Part shown: piece by piece, positions 29,562 through 32,000 of the stretch
Layout: each line of letters opens with the position of its first letter
Numbering within the stretch: position 1 is the stretch's first letter
Assembly (NCBI RefSeq): GCF_001574435.1
Contig: NZ_LOCN01000033.1
Coordinates: 6,408 to 38,407 of the forward strand
Length of the DNA: 32,000 nucleotides
Reading direction: 5' to 3'
Source of the DNA: Moritella sp. JT01
GTDB lineage: Bacteria; Pseudomonadota; Gammaproteobacteria; Enterobacterales; Moritellaceae
The notes under the pieces: model-generated
What the model was told of the DNA's origin: nothing
Seen by the model: only the letters and a program-made list of their open reading frames with translations
Databases searched by the model: none
Translations under genes and position numbers: made by a program

Positions 29562-30650
29562 CTACATATTTGGTGTGTCTGTTACTACATGTAGGTTTTG
29601 CGCACGGTGTCTTAGCAAGTGATCCATTAGCGTGATAGCAAGTTGTGCTTCAGCGATTGGCACTGCACGAATACCTACGCATGGATCGTGACGACCTTTG
29701 GTAACCACTTCAATTGCATTACCAAACTTATCAATTGATTTACCGGGAATGGTAATACTTGATGTTGGCTTCATCGCAATGTGAGCAATGATGTCTTGCC
29801 CACTTGAGATGCCACCCAGTACGCCACCAGCATGATTAGAAAGGAAACCATCTTCTGGTGTCATTTCATCGCGGTGCTCACTACCAAGCTGTTCTACAAC
29901 GCCAAAACCATCACCAATCTCAACACCTTTCACGGCATTAATGCTCATTAACGAATGGGCGATTTCAGCATCTAAACGATCGAATACCGGCTCACCTAAA
30001 CCAACGGGCACACCTTCAGCAACCACAGTTACTTTGGCACCCACTGAGTTACCTGATTTTTTCAATCCACGCATGTATTCATCAAGCGCTTCTAATTTGC
30101 TTGGATCAGGAAAGAAGAATGGGTTTTGTTCAACTTGATCCCATTGCAGTGCTTCTGCTTTAATTGGGCCCAGTTGTGATAAATAACCGCGAATAACAAT
30201 ACCGTGTTGTTCTTTTAAGTATTTCTTCGCAATAGCACCAGCCGCTACACGCATTGCCGTTTCACGCGCCGATGAACGACCGCCACCACGGTAATCGCGA
30301 TGCCCAAATTTTTGATGATAAGTATAATCAGCGTGACCAGGACGGAAGGTATCTTTAATATTTGAATAATCTTGTGAACGTTGATCGGTATTTTTGATCA
30401 TCAGACCAATTGAAGTACCTGTGGTTTTACCTTCAAAAATACCCGAAAGGATCTGAACTTCGTCAGCTTCACGACGTTGAGTGGTATAGCGAGATGTGCC
30501 AGGCTTACGGCGGTCAAGATCAAACTGCAGATCTTCGAGTGAGATTTCGAGTCCTGGAGGGCAGCCGTCAATGATGCACCCAAGTGCTGGTCCATGGCTT
30601 TCTCCGAATGTGGAGATCTTAAATAATTGCCCAATACTATTCCCTGCCAT
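29562..30650 (-). CDS. aroC: Chorismate synthase
   Basis: 362 aa; [70 protein letters not shown]. Confidence 0.97.
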   Translation of the reverse strand: MAGNSIGQLFKISTFGESHGPALGCIIDGCPPGLEISLEDLQFDLDRRKPGTSRYTTQRREADEVQILSGIFEGKTTGTSIGLMIKNTDQRSQDYSNIKDTFRPGHADYTYHQKFGHRDYRGGGRSSARETAMRVAAGAIAKKYLKEQHGIVIRGYLSQLGPIKAEALQWDQVEQNPFFFPDPSKLEALDEYMRGLKKSGNSVGAKVTVVAEGVPVGLGEPVFDRLDAEIAHSLMSINAVKGVEIGDGFGVVEQLGSEHRDEMTPEDGFLSNHAGGVLGGISSGQDIIAHIAMKPTSSITIPGKSIDKFGNAIEVVTKGRHDPCVGIRAVPIAEAQLAITLMDHLLRHRAQNLHVVTDTPNM

Positions 30651-30740
30651 AACAGCGTTTCCTTTATATAATGCCGACTAATACCTTCGAGAATACAAGA
30701 CCCACGGCTTAGCGACAATAGCAAATAGCTAAAATAAGGA

Positions 30741-30781
30741 ATAAAAAAAACCTGTCACCATCATAAGACGATCACAGGTTT
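30741..30781 (-). terminator. Terminator downstream of prmB
   Basis: AAACCTGT (30748-30755) / ACAGGTTT (30774-30781). On the minus strand it is followed by a T tract. Confidence 0.8.
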
Positions 30782-30836
30782 ATCATGGGTTAAAGACCCA
30801 ATAATAGTTCGCTACAGCGTTATTTAAACGGTGCGC

Positions 30837-31808
30837 CTATTTAAACGGTGCAAACAGCGCCATCGAATCTAAGATCTGCTCTTTGCTGATCACGAAGATA
30901 CCGTGACCGCCGTTTTGCATTTCTAACCAGGTAAATGGTACTTCTGGGAATTTCTCTTGCATGTGAACCATGCTGTTACCGATCTCAACAAACAGTAAAC
31001 CGCCGTCGTTTAACATATCAGGTGCTTGCGCTAGCATTTTAAGCGTTAGCTCTAGTCCATCAAAACCAGACTGTAGACCGATTTCAGGTTCGTGTTTGAA
31101 CTCGTCTGGTAGGTTATCAATGTCTTCTTGATCAACATAAGGAGGGTTCGATACGATCATGTCGTAACGTAAACCAGTTAAGTTCGAGAACAAATCAGAT
31201 TGAATTGGTGTTACTTGATGCTCAACACCGTGATCTTGGATATTGATCTCGGCAACTTCAATCGCACCATGTTCAATATCAACGGCGTCGATTTCTGAAT
31301 CAGGGAATGCTTGAGACAATGCAATAGCAATACAACCGCTGCCCGTACACATATCAAGGATACGCATTGGCTCGTTTGTTAACCAAGGTTGGAAACCATT
31401 CATGATCAATTCTGCAAACGGTGAACGAGGCACTAATACACGTTCATCAACGAAGAACTCTAATCCCGCAAACCACGCTTTGTTAGTCAGGTATGCCGCA
31501 GGGATACGTTCGTTTACACGACGAACGATCAGCTCCACCAATTTTTGGCGTTCAGAAGTAAGCAGTTTTGCATGACGAATCTGAGGGTCAATATCTAATG
31601 GTAAGTGTAATGACGGTAAGATTAACTGTACAGCTTCATCCCACGCATTATCAGTACCGTGACCATAAAAAATACCCGCATCGTTAAAACGGCTAACCGC
31701 CCAACGGATGATATCTTGTATTGTAGTTAACTCTTTGACTGCTTCGTCAATAAAAATCCTGTCCACAATTGACTCCAATTTTGGTAAAGTAACAAAATGT
31801 TTAATCAA
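30837..31808 (-). CDS. prmB: 50S ribosomal protein L3 N(5)-glutamine methyltransferase
   Basis: 323 aa; [48 protein letters not shown] (NPPY motif); adjacent to aroC. Confidence 0.94.
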   Translation of the reverse strand: MIKHFVTLPKLESIVDRIFIDEAVKELTTIQDIIRWAVSRFNDAGIFYGHGTDNAWDEAVQLILPSLHLPLDIDPQIRHAKLLTSERQKLVELIVRRVNERIPAAYLTNKAWFAGLEFFVDERVLVPRSPFAELIMNGFQPWLTNEPMRILDMCTGSGCIAIALSQAFPDSEIDAVDIEHGAIEVAEINIQDHGVEHQVTPIQSDLFSNLTGLRYDMIVSNPPYVDQEDIDNLPDEFKHEPEIGLQSGFDGLELTLKMLAQAPDMLNDGGLLFVEIGNSMVHMQEKFPEVPFTWLEMQNGGHGIFVISKEQILDSMALFAPFK

Positions 31809-31843
31809 CTGAGCTTAGCAGTTGAATTTGGGTAACTAACATT

Positions 31844-32000
31844 ATGTTTAATAAACAAATGAAAAAAAAGATGTTGCTGCAAATAGATGTAGCAAAAGAA
31901 CAGGTACAGGCTGCGCAAGTAAAAGTATCGCAAGCCGCGTTGCAACCGGATGAACACGCTCTTTTTTCTGATAGTATGAAAGGTATAAAACCTTTGGCAC
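31844..32000 (+). CDS. smrB: Endonuclease SmrB, partial (N-terminal)
   Basis: Open reading frame MFNKQMKKKMLLQIDVAKEQVQAAQVKVSQAALQPDEHALFSDSMKGIKPLA runs off the window; divergent from prmB as in other gammaproteobacteria. Confidence 0.7.
   Translation, partial: MFNKQMKKKMLLQIDVAKEQVQAAQVKVSQAALQPDEHALFSDSMKGIKPLA

Noticed and set aside
20023-29904. Idea that the aroC direct repeats are att sites of an integrative element
   Set aside because: No integrase, transposase or tRNA is present. The repeat is internal to aroC, imperfect and 123 bp long, so it does not regenerate the gene; it is better explained as a recombination or acquisition scar.
1-32000. CRISPR arrays, retron/DGR-like template repeats, prophage or toxin-antitoxin modules
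   Set aside because: No regularly spaced repeats, reverse transcriptase, Cas, integrase or phage structural genes were seen in the sequence or the ORF translations.

Overview
The window is mostly ordinary marine gammaproteobacterial chromosome, with gene content resembling Moritella or Psychromonas (inference only). From left to right it holds: scpB (partial)-scpA-yciO-rnm/yciV on the minus strand; a complete trpE-G-D-C/F-B-A operon; a KefB/C-type antiporter; ybaK; a porin; an SNF/NSS sodium-dependent transporter; a secreted EEP/sphingomyelinase-like protein; an SdaC-like amino-acid permease; an AT-rich MFS gene; an approximately 9 kb dimethylsulfoniopropionate (DMSP) catabolism block; a DUF2127-like gene; aroC; prmB; and the start of smrB. 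The DMSP block is dddD divergent from dddT-dddB-dddC-dddR, a layout known from Marinomonas and others, so it is not a new system. Two things are missing from the ORF track. First, a trpL attenuator peptide MQNITNQTISWWWHIPL lies at 2783-2836, with a complete 1:2 / 2:3 / 3:4 hairpin set. Second, a 123-bp internal fragment of aroC (115/124 aligned columns identical, one frameshifting deletion) sits at 20023-20145 just outside dddD. It is in the same orientation as intact aroC about 9.8 kb away on the other side of the ddd block, which looks like a scar of how the block was acquired at the aroC locus. I found no CRISPR array, prophage, rRNA, tRNA or intact transposase.
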